A DNA stretch of 64,000 bases, taken from positions 992,001 to 1,056,000 of the forward strand of contig LSRY02000028.1 of assembly GCA_001643675.2 (NCBI GenBank), in the 5' to 3' direction. The notes beneath the pieces were generated by a model. It had not been told where the DNA came from, ran no database searches, and was given only the letters and a program-made list of their open reading frames with translations. A program made the translations under genes and the position numbers. The stretch comes from Monocercomonoides exilis PA203 (taxonomy: Eukaryota; Protista; Preaxostyla). Below are positions 1-13,683 of this stretch, one piece after another (positions within the stretch are counted from its first letter, which is position 1; the number at the start of each line of letters is the position of its first letter).

Positions 1-3000
1 TTTGTTTTCGTCTTCGCTTCTTCTGGTTGCTCTGCTCGCAATGCTGGCTCGACTCAAATGGCTTTCACTGCGCGTCAGCTGATGTGCTTCGTCTTCAGCT
101 GGTGAAGACTCGCTGGACTCTCTTTCTGGCTTGTTACTTGCTTCATTTTGGGATTCTTTGACTTGTTGTGGACTTTTTGTTACATTCAACGTGTCATCCT
201 CATCAGAATCTTCGCTCAACTCATCTGCAATTGGAGCGATTGTTGTTGCTGGTGGGCTTGCTTTGTCAGATGATTCCAACGATAAAGCCGATGAGGATGT
301 GACTGAACGAGTTTTACTGACATCTGGAAGTTCGGTTGAACTTGAAGAAGAAGAAGGTTCCTTCTGTAAGATAGAAGCTAAAGAGTCTGCGATTGGCAAA
401 GAGACTGGTGATAAAGCGGTTTCAGACGTTTGAGAAGAGATAGGCTGCAAAGGAGAAGACAATGACGAGAATTGATAGGATGGCTTTGTTTCTTCTTTTG
501 TTTCTTTTGCTTCTGCATCTTTCAAAGCATCTGTCATTGTTTCATCTGGTTTTGGAGCATCTTCGCTTCCTTTCAGATTTCTTGTCATTTCTGTGTCTGA
601 TGTTTGTGGGCGTGACTCTTTCTCCAAAGTGAAGTCGCTGTCGACGATGCGAAGATTGTGGTTGCTTTGCGACGATTCTGGAAGGAAGATAAATGCAAAA
701 CATACATTGGCAAATAAATTTGGAGAAATGCAAGAAGATTTCACAATTAAATAAATTTATTACAGTTATTATGCATTGAATAATTAAAAATAAACAATAT
801 TTTTTAAAATAAAAGAAAAACAAACCCAATTTTCTACCACGATCAAACATCGACGACGTCGAAGGAGACGGAGAAAGAAGAGAAGTTATTCCATCATTCG
901 TTTGTTTGCTTTCATTTTCATCTTTTTTATTTTCCGGTTTTTCTTCATTAATCTTTCTTTCTTTCTCTTCAGACGAAGATGTCTGATGCATTTTGTGTGG
1001 TGTCTTTGAACCAGAATCTCGTTTTTTGGATCGACTTGAACCAGGTTTAGGTGAAGACGATGCAGAAGATGGAGTGGATTTTCCTGATTTCACACTTTTC
1101 CTCCCTTTTCTTCTTGAAGATGGAGTTTCTGATGTTTGAGGGAATTCTATTGGTCTTATGGAATCTATTGGCAAGAATGGAAAATCATAATTTATAAACA
1201 CATAAGTAATCAAAGAAAAGAAAAGATAAAGAAAACAAAGATGATTGATGAACAGAAATAATAACAAAGTTAAGTTAATTCTGACTAACCAAACAAACCA
1301 TTTTGATCAGAAGACTGCTTATTAGCATCATCGCCTGTTCGAGAAATAAGATTTTCAGTTGCCTTCTTCATTCTCTCCATTCTTTCCATCATCAGCTTCT
1401 TTTCTTTCTCCAGGAACTGTTTTTCGTACTCTTCTTTCTCCTTCTTCTCCTTCTCCTCCAACTCCTTCTGTCTTCTGTTTGCTTCTTCCATCTCCTTTTC
1501 TCGTCGGATGGCTTCTCTTTCTCTTCTCTCTTCTTCTTCCTTTGCCAATCGTGCTGCTTCTTTGGCTCTCTCTTCTTTCTGCTGCGTAGTCAGCTCCAAC
1601 ACAATCACTGGTGCTATTGGAATGTATTTCAAGTCATCTTCATCTTCCTCCTCCTCTTCTTCTTCCTCCTCCTCCTCTTCTTCCTCCTCCTCATCTTCCT
1701 CCTCCTCTTCTTCCTCTTCCTCCTCCTCTTTTCCCTCCACTTTCTCTTCTTTTATCTCCTTTATTATTTCTTCCGCATTCTCTTCACCTTCTTTTGCATT
1801 CCCATTTTGCTGCATTTCTCCAGAAACATCTGAAGAATCTGGAACAGCTTCATCATCCCCTTCATTTTCTTTTTCTTTTTCCTTTTCCTTGTTCTTTCTC
1901 TTCTCTTCCTCTTTTAATCTCCTTTCAACTTCTTTCTCCGCCTTTTTCTTCTCTCTTTCTCTTTTTCTCTCCATTTGTTTTGCTCTCTTCTTCGCTCTCG
2001 CCTCTTCCTTCTTCTTTTCTCTGTTTGTTCGTGTTTCCCACGCCTCATCTTCCTCCTCTTTGAGCTTCTTCATCATTTCCTTCCTTTCTGCCTTCGACCG
2101 CTTCGTAAACGCAAACAGCGGCGGCTGCTCTGCTTGCTTTAGCTCCTGTTTGAACTCCTCCCTCAGCTCATTCAGCACTTCCTCGTTGGCAATGTCTCTT
2201 CCGTTGTCGTGTGCTTCAACAAGCTTTCTGTGCCACATCCTCTGCTTGTCTTCTTCTTTCTCTTCGTCTTCTTCATCCCGTTCAGCCTCCAAAAGAAGCG
2301 TTGCTTCTGAAAACTCATCCAGTGAAGTTGAAGAAGTTGATGTTTTACTCGATTTTTTGCCTTTCCTTGTCCTTTCCTTTCCAAATGACTGATTTACAGA
2401 GGAATTCAAATATGACCCCACTGAAGAAGAAGAAGCTGACTCTGAAGAAGGCTGTGTTCCCATTGTACACAACAGAAGAGACAAGAAAGACGATGTTGCA
2501 TCTTCCACACTTGCAATAGGCTCATCCACAGGAGAAGATCTGTCTGTGCTGATTGCTTTAAAATTGGTGGACGAAAAGGGATAGCTGGTTGACCAGCCTT
2601 TGAGTGTGCCTTCAGACGGCTGTTCAGATTGGAGTGTGTTTGAAAGTGTGGATGAATTCACAAGTTGAGATGAAAGTGTGGGAGACAGCTGAGTCGAAGA
2701 GCCAACTTCAGATGAGGACATATTCATCGCAGTTGACTCTAAAGCACCGCTTTCGCGTTCACGCATCAGTCTTTCCTTCTCTTTCCTTCTCATTTCTTTC
2801 CTCTCCTTCATTGCCAATCGGCTGTGCAGTCTGTCTAAATACCTCAATCTCCACTTCCACCCCTTCTTCCCTTCTGCCAGCCCGATCAGTGCCTCCACCA
2901 CACCCAATGCTTTCTCTAGTCCCTTTCTATCGATGCTGCCTGTCTTCACTGCATCTACCACGATGGCACTCATCTCATCTGACGTCAGCCGCGCTTGATC

Positions 3001-6000
3001 AATCGGAAGGCCATTCAGTGTGGCTGTGGTGGCTGTGTGGATGCTTGTGGAAGAGGAAGAAAGAGAATTTTTGGGAAGATTAGAAAGAGATGCTGTTGGC
3101 TGCTGCTGCGAGGGAAAGCGTTTGGCAGAGTACTTTGATGAAGGACGAGAATTTGAGTAATAGCTCACTTGTTCGTAAGTAGTTCTGCTTTGATTGAAGT
3201 CATTGTTATCTCCATAAGGCATCTGATCTGCTGATTGTCTGAAGGAAGAAGAAGCAGACTGAGGAATGTGCGAGATTCGTGTGAGAGATTGTGACAAGGC
3301 AGCATTTGACTGTGCAGGGCGTGGCCTTTGCGGATAAGCTGGGAACAATTGTGGTTCTGAAAGAGCATCTGTTGAAGAAGAAGAAGAAGAAGAAGATGGT
3401 GGTGGTATCAAAGTGTCTGATGCTTGACGCATCAAAGAAGGTGAGCGTGTTGTGAGAGGGAGAGGAGGAGAAGGAGTGAGGCGAGTGACAGACGGGCAGG
3501 TGACGTTGGAGAAGAGGAGAGCGGGGTCTTCAGTGACAGGAGTGAGTGTCTTCATTGAAGTGGCGTTGGTGCGAGAGCGCTTCAGAATGGCAGATTCGCT
3601 GTGTTTGAGGGGAGGAGGAAGAATTTGTGAGGAAGTGTTTGGATGTGACTGAAGTGGAGGAATGGAAGTGCGAGAAGGAGAAGAAGACAAAGAGGAAGAG
3701 CTGTTTTCAACGGGATGAAGAAAGACAGATTCAGATATTTGAATTGAAGATTGTTGTTGTGGTGCAGAAGAAGAGGGATCTGAAATGAGTGTTGAGGGGG
3801 TGGATGGGTTGACAATTGGAGGAGACAAAGCAGTTGGAGTCAAGTCAGTTGAAGAAGCATAAGCAGAAGCAGAAGAGGCTGAAGTGTTGTTGCCAGACTC
3901 GTTCGGAGAAGAAATGGAAGTTGAGGTTAAAGGAATGAATGCTGTTTCTTGTTCAGAATTCGATTCGAAAGGATTAGTGGATGTTCGAACAGGAATTGGA
4001 TTGAACAAAATCTGAGTCATGTCCATCAATGGCGAGGTAGATGAATCAATTTGTATTTCTTTTGTGTTTTCATTGGTGCTTTCATTCATTTTATTAACAT
4101 CAAGTTCTGTCATATTGTTTGTTTGACTGTTTATTGAAGTTTCTGTTTTTTGTGAATTTTCATCTTTTTCTTTTTCATTAGACTTTTCACCATTTGCAGT
4201 TTCATCAGCTGTTTCTTTATCAACATTTTCATTGGAATCATCACTTGCCTTTTCTGTAGGCACACCTACAACAGACCCTCCTTCATTCAACCTCGATTTC
4301 TCGTCTGATGCATCCTCTCCCTCCATCTCATCATCCTCCTCTTCTTCCTCTTCCTCTGCAATTGTCGGTGGCATAAGCGAAAACTTTGCCAAGTCAGTTT
4401 CTCCTTTTTGTGTTTTCAGTGCAGCCAGCAAGCTTGTCGATGATGCTTGTGATTGAGAGTCTTCTGAGTTAGACATGTTGATCTTTCCTGAGCGAAGGAG
4501 CTGGCTGAACACCATTCCCACTGTGAATGAGGGCTTCTCCACAAGAAGAGATGACACAGGAATTGTTTCAGAGGAAGAAGAAGAAGAAGATGATGATGAT
4601 GAAGGAGAAGAAGGAGATAGCTGTTTTGCTGTGTTTGTCTGCTGAGTCAGTGCGAGATTTGTGTCTTGGATCATCCGAAGAAGAGGATTTTCGAGTGATT
4701 TTCCAGTTGCATTTGAGCTGGATGAGAAGAACGGGTTGAGCGAAGAACGAGAGTGAAGAGGCGGAAGAAGAGAAGAGCCTTGATTTTCATCTTGGTGTGC
4801 ATCTTCTGCTTCTCTGTCTCCCGACTTGCTTCTGCCCGCACTTTCATCTGAATTCGTCTTGTCGTCTTTGTCTCCGTTTCTCTCCTTCCACTTCTCGTCT
4901 CCACTTCTACTTTTGAATGAACCTTCTCCATTTCCTTCAATTGCCCTTGTTCCATCACGTGACTGCTTCAAAGCAGAAGGCGATGTGCTTGTAGCAGCTA
5001 CCCCCAATCCGCTCTTCCTGCGAAGTGCCTTTTCGACGTCTTCTTTCTCTCTCTCAGCAGCGATGGCCTGTTCGTTCTGGCTGAGCTCTCTGCTCTTCTC
5101 CCAAGAGACCATTTGAGGGTTGATCTGCAACGCCTTCAGCGTCAAAGAGACCATCTTGCGATACTCGTGGTGTGTTGGGAAAGGCGCCGGGAGAGGAAGA
5201 GGAAGAGCATTGTGGGCTGCTCTAACAAGCCCTATTCGAGTGGGTGTTTGAGTTGATTCTCGTGCTATGCCTGAGATTCCTTTGTTATTGCCAGCAGATA
5301 AGGAAGAAGTCATAGAAGAAGAAGAAGTTTGTGTTGGATCATCAGGATTAAGAGTTGAGTTGAGAGTGAACAAAGAAGGAGCAGATGATGTTGAGGAAGA
5401 TGAAGTTTGAAGAGTCGAATCTTGTGCCAGTGGCTGAGTATCAGATTGACGAAGATGGCTTGTTGATGAAGAAGTTATGTTCTTTCCTTTTTGATTTGCT
5501 GATTGAAGAGATAATGAAATAGATGCAGAAGAAGAGGATTTTGTGACTGTTGAAGCACCAGAACCAGCCGAACGCTCTGTTGATTGCTCAGAAGCTGGCT
5601 GTTCTCCTCCATTTTCTGGTGCCATTAGCTCTCTCGCTGCTCTGCTGACTGATGCAAACGGGGCAGGTGTCTGAGTCCTTTTGTAGATAGCGCCGTGATC
5701 TATCCAAGGAGTGTAGTTGAGAGGCAGAAACTCCTGCGGAGGGACAGTGAACACATCTCCCTCGTGCTCCACAGCTAGTGAGCAGTTGTTGTTTACAAAG
5801 CAGAGCGAGTCCACTGGAGGCACCATACTCGAGCGGAATCCCACACCCAAATAGACCTCTCTCAGCAGAAGCCCCTGGACAGACCAGATTTTGATGATTC
5901 CGTCGTTTCCGCCTGTGGCAAAGATGTTCAGCGGATATGACGAGGCAACGCAGTTAGCTGAACCGGAATGCCACCAGTCGACAGGAGCAGTGGTGTAGAT

Positions 6001-9000
6001 GGACGAAGGGGCAGACGGTGCTCGCTGCTTTTCAGGGGATTGAGGGCGGAGTGCGGATTGGCCTGACTGAAGATGCTGTGTCATATTTGGCTGAATGCCC
6101 GTCTTTTGCTTCTTTGAGGGAGAAAAATTAGAAGAAGAAGATGATGGTGACATTGATGTTGCTCCCAACCCATCGTCTTCTTCCTCTTCCTCTTCCTCAG
6201 CAAACATATCTGCATAACCACTTTCTGTATCCAAAAAGGAGAACGGATAGAAAATTGCGACTGCTCCATTTGAGAAAGTGAGTGCGAGGATGGGCGCAAT
6301 CACAGCCAGGGCGGTCGGACGGATGCCGTGTTTGAAGGGCACCTCTGGATCGCACGAGCAGATGAGGATGAGCGAATTTGCGTCCCAAATCTTCACGTTC
6401 CCTGAAATAGACACAGATATCAGTACACCCGTGTCCTTCTTGCGTGCCATCTCAGAGCTGAGTGTGGAGACTGTCGATTTTGTCAGCGAGGCGATAGCAT
6501 TTGGATCAGCATATGGAGAAGTCGAGGCTGGTGTTGTGACTGTCTCCAGTCGCATTGGCGATGCTGCGCCTTGTCTGTTCTGCAAAGAGGGCTTTGTGGG
6601 AGATCTTGTGGCAGAGACAGAGGTGGCAGAGAGAGCAGATTGCTCAGCCAGAGGAGATGGGTGTGCGTATGCTGGGTGGATGGTGATGGGGCGGATGAGC
6701 TTGCTGCTACGCATCGTTTCAGACAGCTGCGGCTGTGTGATGAAGAATGATGAGGGAGTCAGAGTCGAAGAAGCTGAATTTGACGATGATTGAGGGCCAA
6801 ATCCAAACTCCTCGTTGTCGACATCATCGTGTTCACGGAAGCAGATAAATCCATCATCTATGTTCAGTCCATTGCCAAAGACATCTGCATCAGCATAGCT
6901 CTCTTCGTCCTCTTCGTTCGCTCGTTCTCTTCGTGAGTTCAGCCCAGCGATTGCTGAGTAATTAAACTCCTCATTTTTGACAGCCGATGGGAACTTTCTT
7001 CGTGAGCGCAGCCCATTCGCTGTTTTGATCGCTGCCTTTGCCAGCGGCGTGTCCTTGCGCAGTTTGATGCTCTGCAGTCGCGACGATGTTGGAGAGCGCT
7101 TGTTTGACATCCAGTTGAAGCTCCTTTCGTTGCGACGAGAGTTGAACGTTGAGGCTCCAAAGGGAGGGGCATAAGATAGCGCAGGTGGAAGAGGGTGCGT
7201 TCTGTTCTGTTGAGACGACAAAGGAGAAAGTGCCTGCCCAGTTTGATTGGATGTTCCAGAGCCTGTGGAAGAAAGTGATGAAGAAGAAGACGTTATTGTT
7301 GATGCAAGAAGTAATCGATCGCTTTCTCTATCTGCATTGATTGATCTGCTAAGTGCATTGTTTGTTGAATTCAAATTGTATGGTTTCAATCCTATCTGCT
7401 CAGTTGTGTTTGTCTGGTTGAGTGCATCGTCTCCTCCATACAAACCAGCTGCATCGACAATAGTTCCATTCAGCCCAGTCATCCGTGCCATCTTCGGGTT
7501 CATTGTCATCATTTCTCTTCTCTGGATGATGTCTGCCTCTTCGCACATCTTCGCTGCCCTCATCAGCCCTTCACCCACCGCCCCACCGCGGCCGTACGGA
7601 AACGGTCGGTGGAGCGAGAATAGAGGGTCGTATGTCACAAAAGAGAGGCTTCTATCAGAGTTGGCCAGCCAACACGCCCACAGCTCGCCTGTTTTGGAGT
7701 CGTAGAGAGCAATCTTCCCATCGGCAGTACCACATGCAAGAACCTCGTCTGGCTTCTCCCGCAGAATGGCTGAGGCTGGCAGCGCATCTGCAGCGGAGCC
7801 TGTAGATGCTGTTGTTGAAGCAGTTCCCGTCTGTCTCCCTGGATACGGAGCAGGGCTTCCCAATGGAGAAGGACAGGCAGAGTTGTAGAGTGAGGATCGT
7901 CCTGATGTGGTGCCTTTGCTGGATGCTCTTCCGTCGCTACGAGCGCCATTCTTCTTCAGCCCCAAGAGCTGATTGATCTCATCTGACGGCTGCTTCATTT
8001 CGCTCTTCGCCTCTTCTTCCATCGCTGCCTCCTGCCTCGCCTGTGCCCCGAAGCGGAAGAAGCGTGTCCACAATTTGAATGTCTGGGAGCGCAGATTTGG
8101 TTGTGGGCAGGGCAGAGGCAGCGGAGATAGGCAGTTCAGCTGATAATCGCCTTGTGCATTCCACCCTTCGTCCTTGTTGAACGGCGTGCCACTGACGTAG
8201 TAGCTGGTTAGTGAGTGTGAAGATGGAGATACCACAAACAGACGTGATGCTCGCAGTGAAAAGCAGACGTTTTGAGTCTCTTCCGCTGGGAATGTGGAAG
8301 GCAGAGAGTAAGACAGCACGCTCTGCAGGCCCGGCGCGAAGATGCGGAGAGAGCCGTCGACGAAGAGGAGGCCGAGGAGGGTCGGGTGGAACATGGGCGG
8401 GGCGCGCGGGGGCATGCTCATGAGAGCAGTGGCAGTCAGCATTCCTGTTGGAGATGTGACACCTGCACGGCACATCTGGCTGAGGAGGGCAGAGCTGAAG
8501 GGAGTGGTGGGTGTGACAGCGGCGGTGAGGGTGGAGGCAGAGAGAGAAGAAGACAATGTGGACGAGAGAGAGGACTCGGCGGTGCCAGGCCGGGAAGAAA
8601 GAGAATCGATTACTGAAATATTAATTGAAGGATATTTGAAAGAAAGAAAGCATATTCAAGGAACAGTTCATAAAATATATTTGAGAATTAATTGAGTGAA
8701 AAGAATAAAAAAAAAACAAAACTGTTGATGAAGCCATTTGAATTGGGCGATGAAGAAGCTGAACGCAGCTCGAATGTTGTCATTGAACGATTAAGCATTG
8801 GAGAGCGTCTTGCTGGATTCATTCTTGTCATCGACTGATATTTCAAAAGAAATGTGGAAAATAGGATTTTTGATTCAATTTATAAAAAAGTATTAAAAAT
8901 AGCAAAGATAAACTTTAAAAACAAGAAAGTGAAAGAATAAAACTAACCTGTGGAGAAGAAGGAGGCGGCGGAGACGGCGGGGCAGACATTGCAGGCAGAT

Positions 9001-12000
9001 GGGGTGAGTTTGGTGAATTGGATGAAGGAAGAACGGCAGCAGGCGAAAGAGAGTGGGGGCGAGAGTGCGGACGAGAAGGTGAGCGGGAACGGGAGTAAGG
9101 CAGAGAAAGATGAGAGGAAAGAGGGATGATTGGAGGCTGAGGGAAGTGATTGAGAGGAGGATGAGACGATTCCAACTTGGAGAGAAAGGCAGCTGGCATC
9201 AGCCGGCGGTAGAAGCGGAGGATGTAACGCAGCTTGGACTTGGAAAGAGTAATCGTGCTTTTTTGTGAAGAAGATGCTTTTTCTTTCTTTTTGAGCTCAA
9301 TTTCAATCAACGAAGATGAAGACGCAGAATTTCCAGCAACAGCACTTGCTGCATTACTGTTGACGTTTTGTTGATTTGATGCAATTTCAGCATTTTTCTT
9401 TGGTGAAACAACTTTTGAGCTGTTTTGCGTACTGTTCAGAATATTCTTTGTAGCGTCCTTGTTGTCGCTTTTATCTAACAATTTCCTTCCTTCCACTCCT
9501 TCTGCTTCACTCATCTCCTTGTTCCTTTCTTTTTCAATATCTTCCTCCTCCTCTCTTCTTCCCCCCTCTTCTTCTTCTCTCTCCTTCAGCCCATTCATCA
9601 AAAAGTTGCTGTCAAACAGATAAGGCGCAAACGTCACTGGAATCATCTTCGCCACCCGCGTCCCGCTCTTCACCCACATCCGAAGGGGCAGATGACACAC
9701 GAGCAAATGCATCTCTGTTGCTGTGCAGACTGCCAGTGACACGTGGAAGAAGCCTCTGAAGCCCAGCTCTCCTTCGCTTGCATTGATTCCTTTGACTTGC
9801 AGCTCCAGCGGGTCAGACTGCTGTCCGCTGTTGTTGTTGTCATCATCTTCGTCGTCTTCTGCTTCCTCGTCGTTTCTGATGAGATCTTCTAAATCTTCGT
9901 CTTCGACACCTTTATTCGCTCGGCTGTTCATTCCATTCTTTCTGTTTTCAGAGCTATTTTCGTTTTCTCCATCAAAATTCTCGTTTGCTTTTCTTTTCGT
10001 TTTTTTGGCTTTCTTTTGATTTTGATTCATTTGAGCTGAGTCAAACGAACTTTGAGGTGTTTTCGGGCGTGCCGATGAGAAATATGGACTTTCGCCTCCC
10101 TTTCGGTCCATTCTCGAAGGGGACAAACGAGGTGATATCGAATTCCTTCCGTTCTCCCTGTTTGCTCCTTCGTGCGATCTTCTGTCATAACTCGAAGGCG
10201 AACGTGACGACGAGCGAGGCGAAAGACTTCTACTTTCAGCACCATTGGGTGCATTCATCTGCATACTCGATGTACTCAGCATTCTTCTTCTTCTCGGCTT
10301 CACTTTGTTCTTCGAGCTGTCCTTCATCAGCCTCATCATCTCCTCCTCTGTCATCAGCGCATCGCCTGGTGCTATCCTCACCGGGGGTGGAAGAGGAAAC
10401 GCTGTTCTCGGAGGAGGTGGAGAGGGGAAGAGCACCATGCAGTTGATCGGTGCCATGAACGAGTGCTCTGCCAGGCACTTCCCACTCCAAGTATCCCACG
10501 CCTTCACCATACCGTCCTTTCCACACGTGAAGAAGGCATCACAACCATCCAGCACAGCAATGCCTGTGACAGGCTTGGCGTGTGCCAGAAGTGACATCAC
10601 AGCTTCTCCACTTGAGTCCCACACACGCACCGTCCCGTCCATCCCTCCTGTGACTACCAGCTCCTGCGCCCGCCGCTTGCACGCCTTCATCAGTGTGATA
10701 GCTGTGATTTGTGTTGGATGCGCATTGCGCCGCTCCCAAATGACACGCAGGTTGGCCAAGTCGATGCAGAAGAGAGAGGAGCCCATGGCAGCAAAAGTGG
10801 CAGTGCAGGCCAGGCGGTTGGTGGTCTCTGCACTGGAGAGTGAATGGGGAATGAGGACAGACTGTGTTGGACGAAGCGCATCGGAAATGGTGAAAGTGGC
10901 TGGGTTGGCACGGGCAGATGAGCCGAAGGTCGAATAAATCGAAGATGAGGCAGAGGTTCTAGCGGATGAAGTGGTTGGTGGGCGAAGTGGAGATGAAGTG
11001 GGTGGAATTGAAGATCGAAATGATCGCTGCTTCGAAGAAGTTTCTCCTTTGCTGTTGTTGTTTGTGTTGTTTGATCGTTTAGTGATTTCGCCTTCAGCTT
11101 CTTCCACAGCCTTCATCAGCTCGTCGAGTTTTCGGTCAGTTTGAGAAATGAACCGTGCCGAATGCACAGAAACAATCGAAGAAGACGACGATGAGGAAGA
11201 AAAAGACGGTGTTGGAGAAGTTGCGCGAGTAGAAGCATCAGAAGTGGGTGCAGATGTTGAAGTGATTGATGGAATGCGACTGTGCAGTGGAGATGAAGAT
11301 GAAGTGGATAGACTTATAGAAGAGATGGAAGAGGCAAGAGATGGTTGATATGTGGGCTCATTCTGTATGGCGTGCAGACTCAGCTGGCTGAGTACATTTG
11401 AGAAAGCAGCAGCGTTGCTTTTGTTGTGCTTGTCTTTGTCCATAATTGCCACGTAGAACGAGGAAGGGTCGAGAGATGCTCTGTATTTGTGGTAGAGATA
11501 GTCAGGTGAGTCAAATTGAAGTGGCTCATTGGACAGCATGTTGTATTGGGTGGGGGTGAAGAGAGTGCTGACCCAGGTGGTTGAGAGAATGGAATTGGGT
11601 GAAGTGGAAGAGGAGGAAGATGTGGAGGGAGAAGAAAAGGAAGAAGATGTTGCGAGTGGATTGCGTGAAATGTCAGCGGATGAGATGGAAGTTGAAGGTG
11701 GGAAAGGCTGCGATGAAGCTGAAAGAGTAGAAGAGAGTTTGGACAGGTTGATTGTTGCGATGTGTTCGAGACGGAACTTGGCGAGTGATGTTGTGTGTGG
11801 GAAATACGACGGAGTGAACTTGTAAATACGCACTGAGCCATCTTTGAACCCAGCGCATAGCAAGTCCATATCAACGCTGTATGAAAGCGTCAGGGCACAT
11901 AAAGACTCTCTGCTTGATTGAGAAGCTGCAGAGGAGGAGAAAGGAGTTGAAGGCAATGAAACAAACGGAGTGTGTGAAGTGGAAGGAGGTGAAGTGGCGT

Positions 12001-13390
12001 AATTTGAAGTGAATGGGGAGAAACCAGAAGGTCTTGTATGTCTGTCTTCGTTCGTACCGCTCCAGCTGATGCCTCCTTTCTTTGAAAAGGCACCGTTGGT
12101 CGACTTTTGCTGGTTTCTTTTGCTTCCGTGTTTTACACCAGATGCAGATGTCGGAATAGAAGTTGATGAATCATTCGCTGTTCGCCCTGTTTTTCCCAAA
12201 TTTGCACCTTTTTCATTCAATTTGCTGTCTAAGCTCTTCTTTCTAGCTCCATTCGGATCGCCTCTTTGCAGGCTTCTTCCTCGTGCATCTGTGTCTTCTC
12301 TGCTCTTCGCCTGCTCTTTCTTCATCACTCGCTCGCCTTCTCCTTTCAGCATCCTCCGCGCAATCTCTGCTGGCCCAACACCGCTCTTCAGCAGTCCCAC
12401 CTTCGAATTGCTGAACCCGTGCACGTTCGTTCCGTCAGCACTGCTCTTCTTCTTTGGCTTGGCAAGATATTGGATCTTTTTCTCCTTCAGCTCTTCAATT
12501 TCTCTCTTTCGTTTCTGTCTGGCTTTCTCTCCTGCCTCGACCAGCATTTCTTCTTCTTCCAGCTCAGCAAGAGTTTTAGCGCATTGTCCGTGCGAATCCA
12601 CTGCAAATGTTCTGATTTCTGTGCTTTCTTCTTCTTCTCGAAGGGCTCCTCCACATGTGACGCAATGCCCGTCTTTGTCAAGGACAAATAGCAGTCCATC
12701 GCTTGTTGAGACGAAAAAGCAATGGATTGACCCAACATAAATCAACGAAATGATTGTTTCCGATGCAAAAGTCAGGTCAAATGATTCCATGTCGGTAACA
12801 GAACGTGAAAGTGTTGATGGATACATAACACTAAAATCATGCCATGAATGTCTCCATCCAGAGCTTTTCATAGAAAGAGATTTCCACCATGATGCTGATC
12901 CTTTTCCTTGATCATATCCAATCGATGATAAAGTAGAAACTGTATGTTGGGGCGCTGGAACATCTTTTTCAAAAGTTGGATCACTTGATAGATGAACCAA
13001 ACGCTGACTTGCCAACACAACAAAGCTAGAATTATCTCCAACGTAAATGATTTTCTCAATTCCATCTTCGTTTGTCTTTTTAACATTTCCTTCTGCTCCA
13101 ATGGCAGTTGATTTGCTTGACTCTGTACCCTGCAGGACGTGAAATGATGTGGATGATGAATCTTTGCTGTATTCGTGCATTTTTGCAACTCCGCTTGGTT
13201 CTGTTAAAAATCGTAAATCAGGTTCTAATACATCACATTCATAGAATCCATATTGGATGTTTTCTTTTTTGGCATTTTGTTATAAAGGATTGGATAAGAT
13301 TAAATAAAAGATTCATACAAAAGGAATAAGTGATAGCATACGTTGCGTAACTGATGTAACATAATTAAAAAGATATGCATTTGTCGCCAT
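1..13390 (-). CDS. Giant spliced WD40-repeat protein (>4,200 aa), WDR87/WDR97-like; 3' end lies outside the window
   Basis: ORFs 8915..13180, 1285..8556 and 542..1267 join in frame through GT-AG introns at 8947-8835, 8722-8613, 1298-1165 and 825-678 (codon phases checked by hand). A tentative first exon runs from ATG 13390 to 13342, with an intron to 13201. WD40 motifs include AHPTQITAI..VVTGGMDGTVRVWD, AHAKPVTGI..FFTCGKDGMVKAWD and HSGSANCV..FATGGNDGIIKIWS..LLREV..SLCFVNNNCSLAV. A long E/K-rich tract follows. The family call is from recalled motifs only. Confidence 0.8.
1635..1730 (-). repeat. Coding GAG/GAA trinucleotide repeat giving a ~32-residue poly-Glu/Asp tract
   Basis: (TCC/TCT/TCA)n on the + strand; translates to EEEEEEEEEEEDEEEEEEEEEEEEEEEEDEDD. 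Confidence 0.9.
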
Positions 13391-13683
13391 ATGAGTTCTT
13401 TATGCGATTGGCCTCTCAGAACTCGAAAAAATGGCCCAATTCTTTTTGTAACGGTTATTTGAAAAAAAATGATGGTAGTCGAAATTTTTGTAACACTCTT
13501 AACAAAACATTTCAAAGCACAAAACAACAACATAAATAATTTTGGGGGGAAAAAAAAATAAATCATAATGATTGAGAAATGAGCGTTCACAAAATAAAAA
13601 CATCTGAATACTGCAAAAAGAAAATATATATACACAATGACTGAATAATTTAAATACCTCAATTAATAATTTTTTGTTAATGA

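Noticed and set aside
1303-12740. Many + strand ORFs rich in S/F/L overlapping the WD40 gene; the same pattern occurs at 37518-41204 on - and 43926-54395 on +
   Set aside because: These are antisense shadows of low-complexity or stop-poor coding sequence and have no independent motifs.
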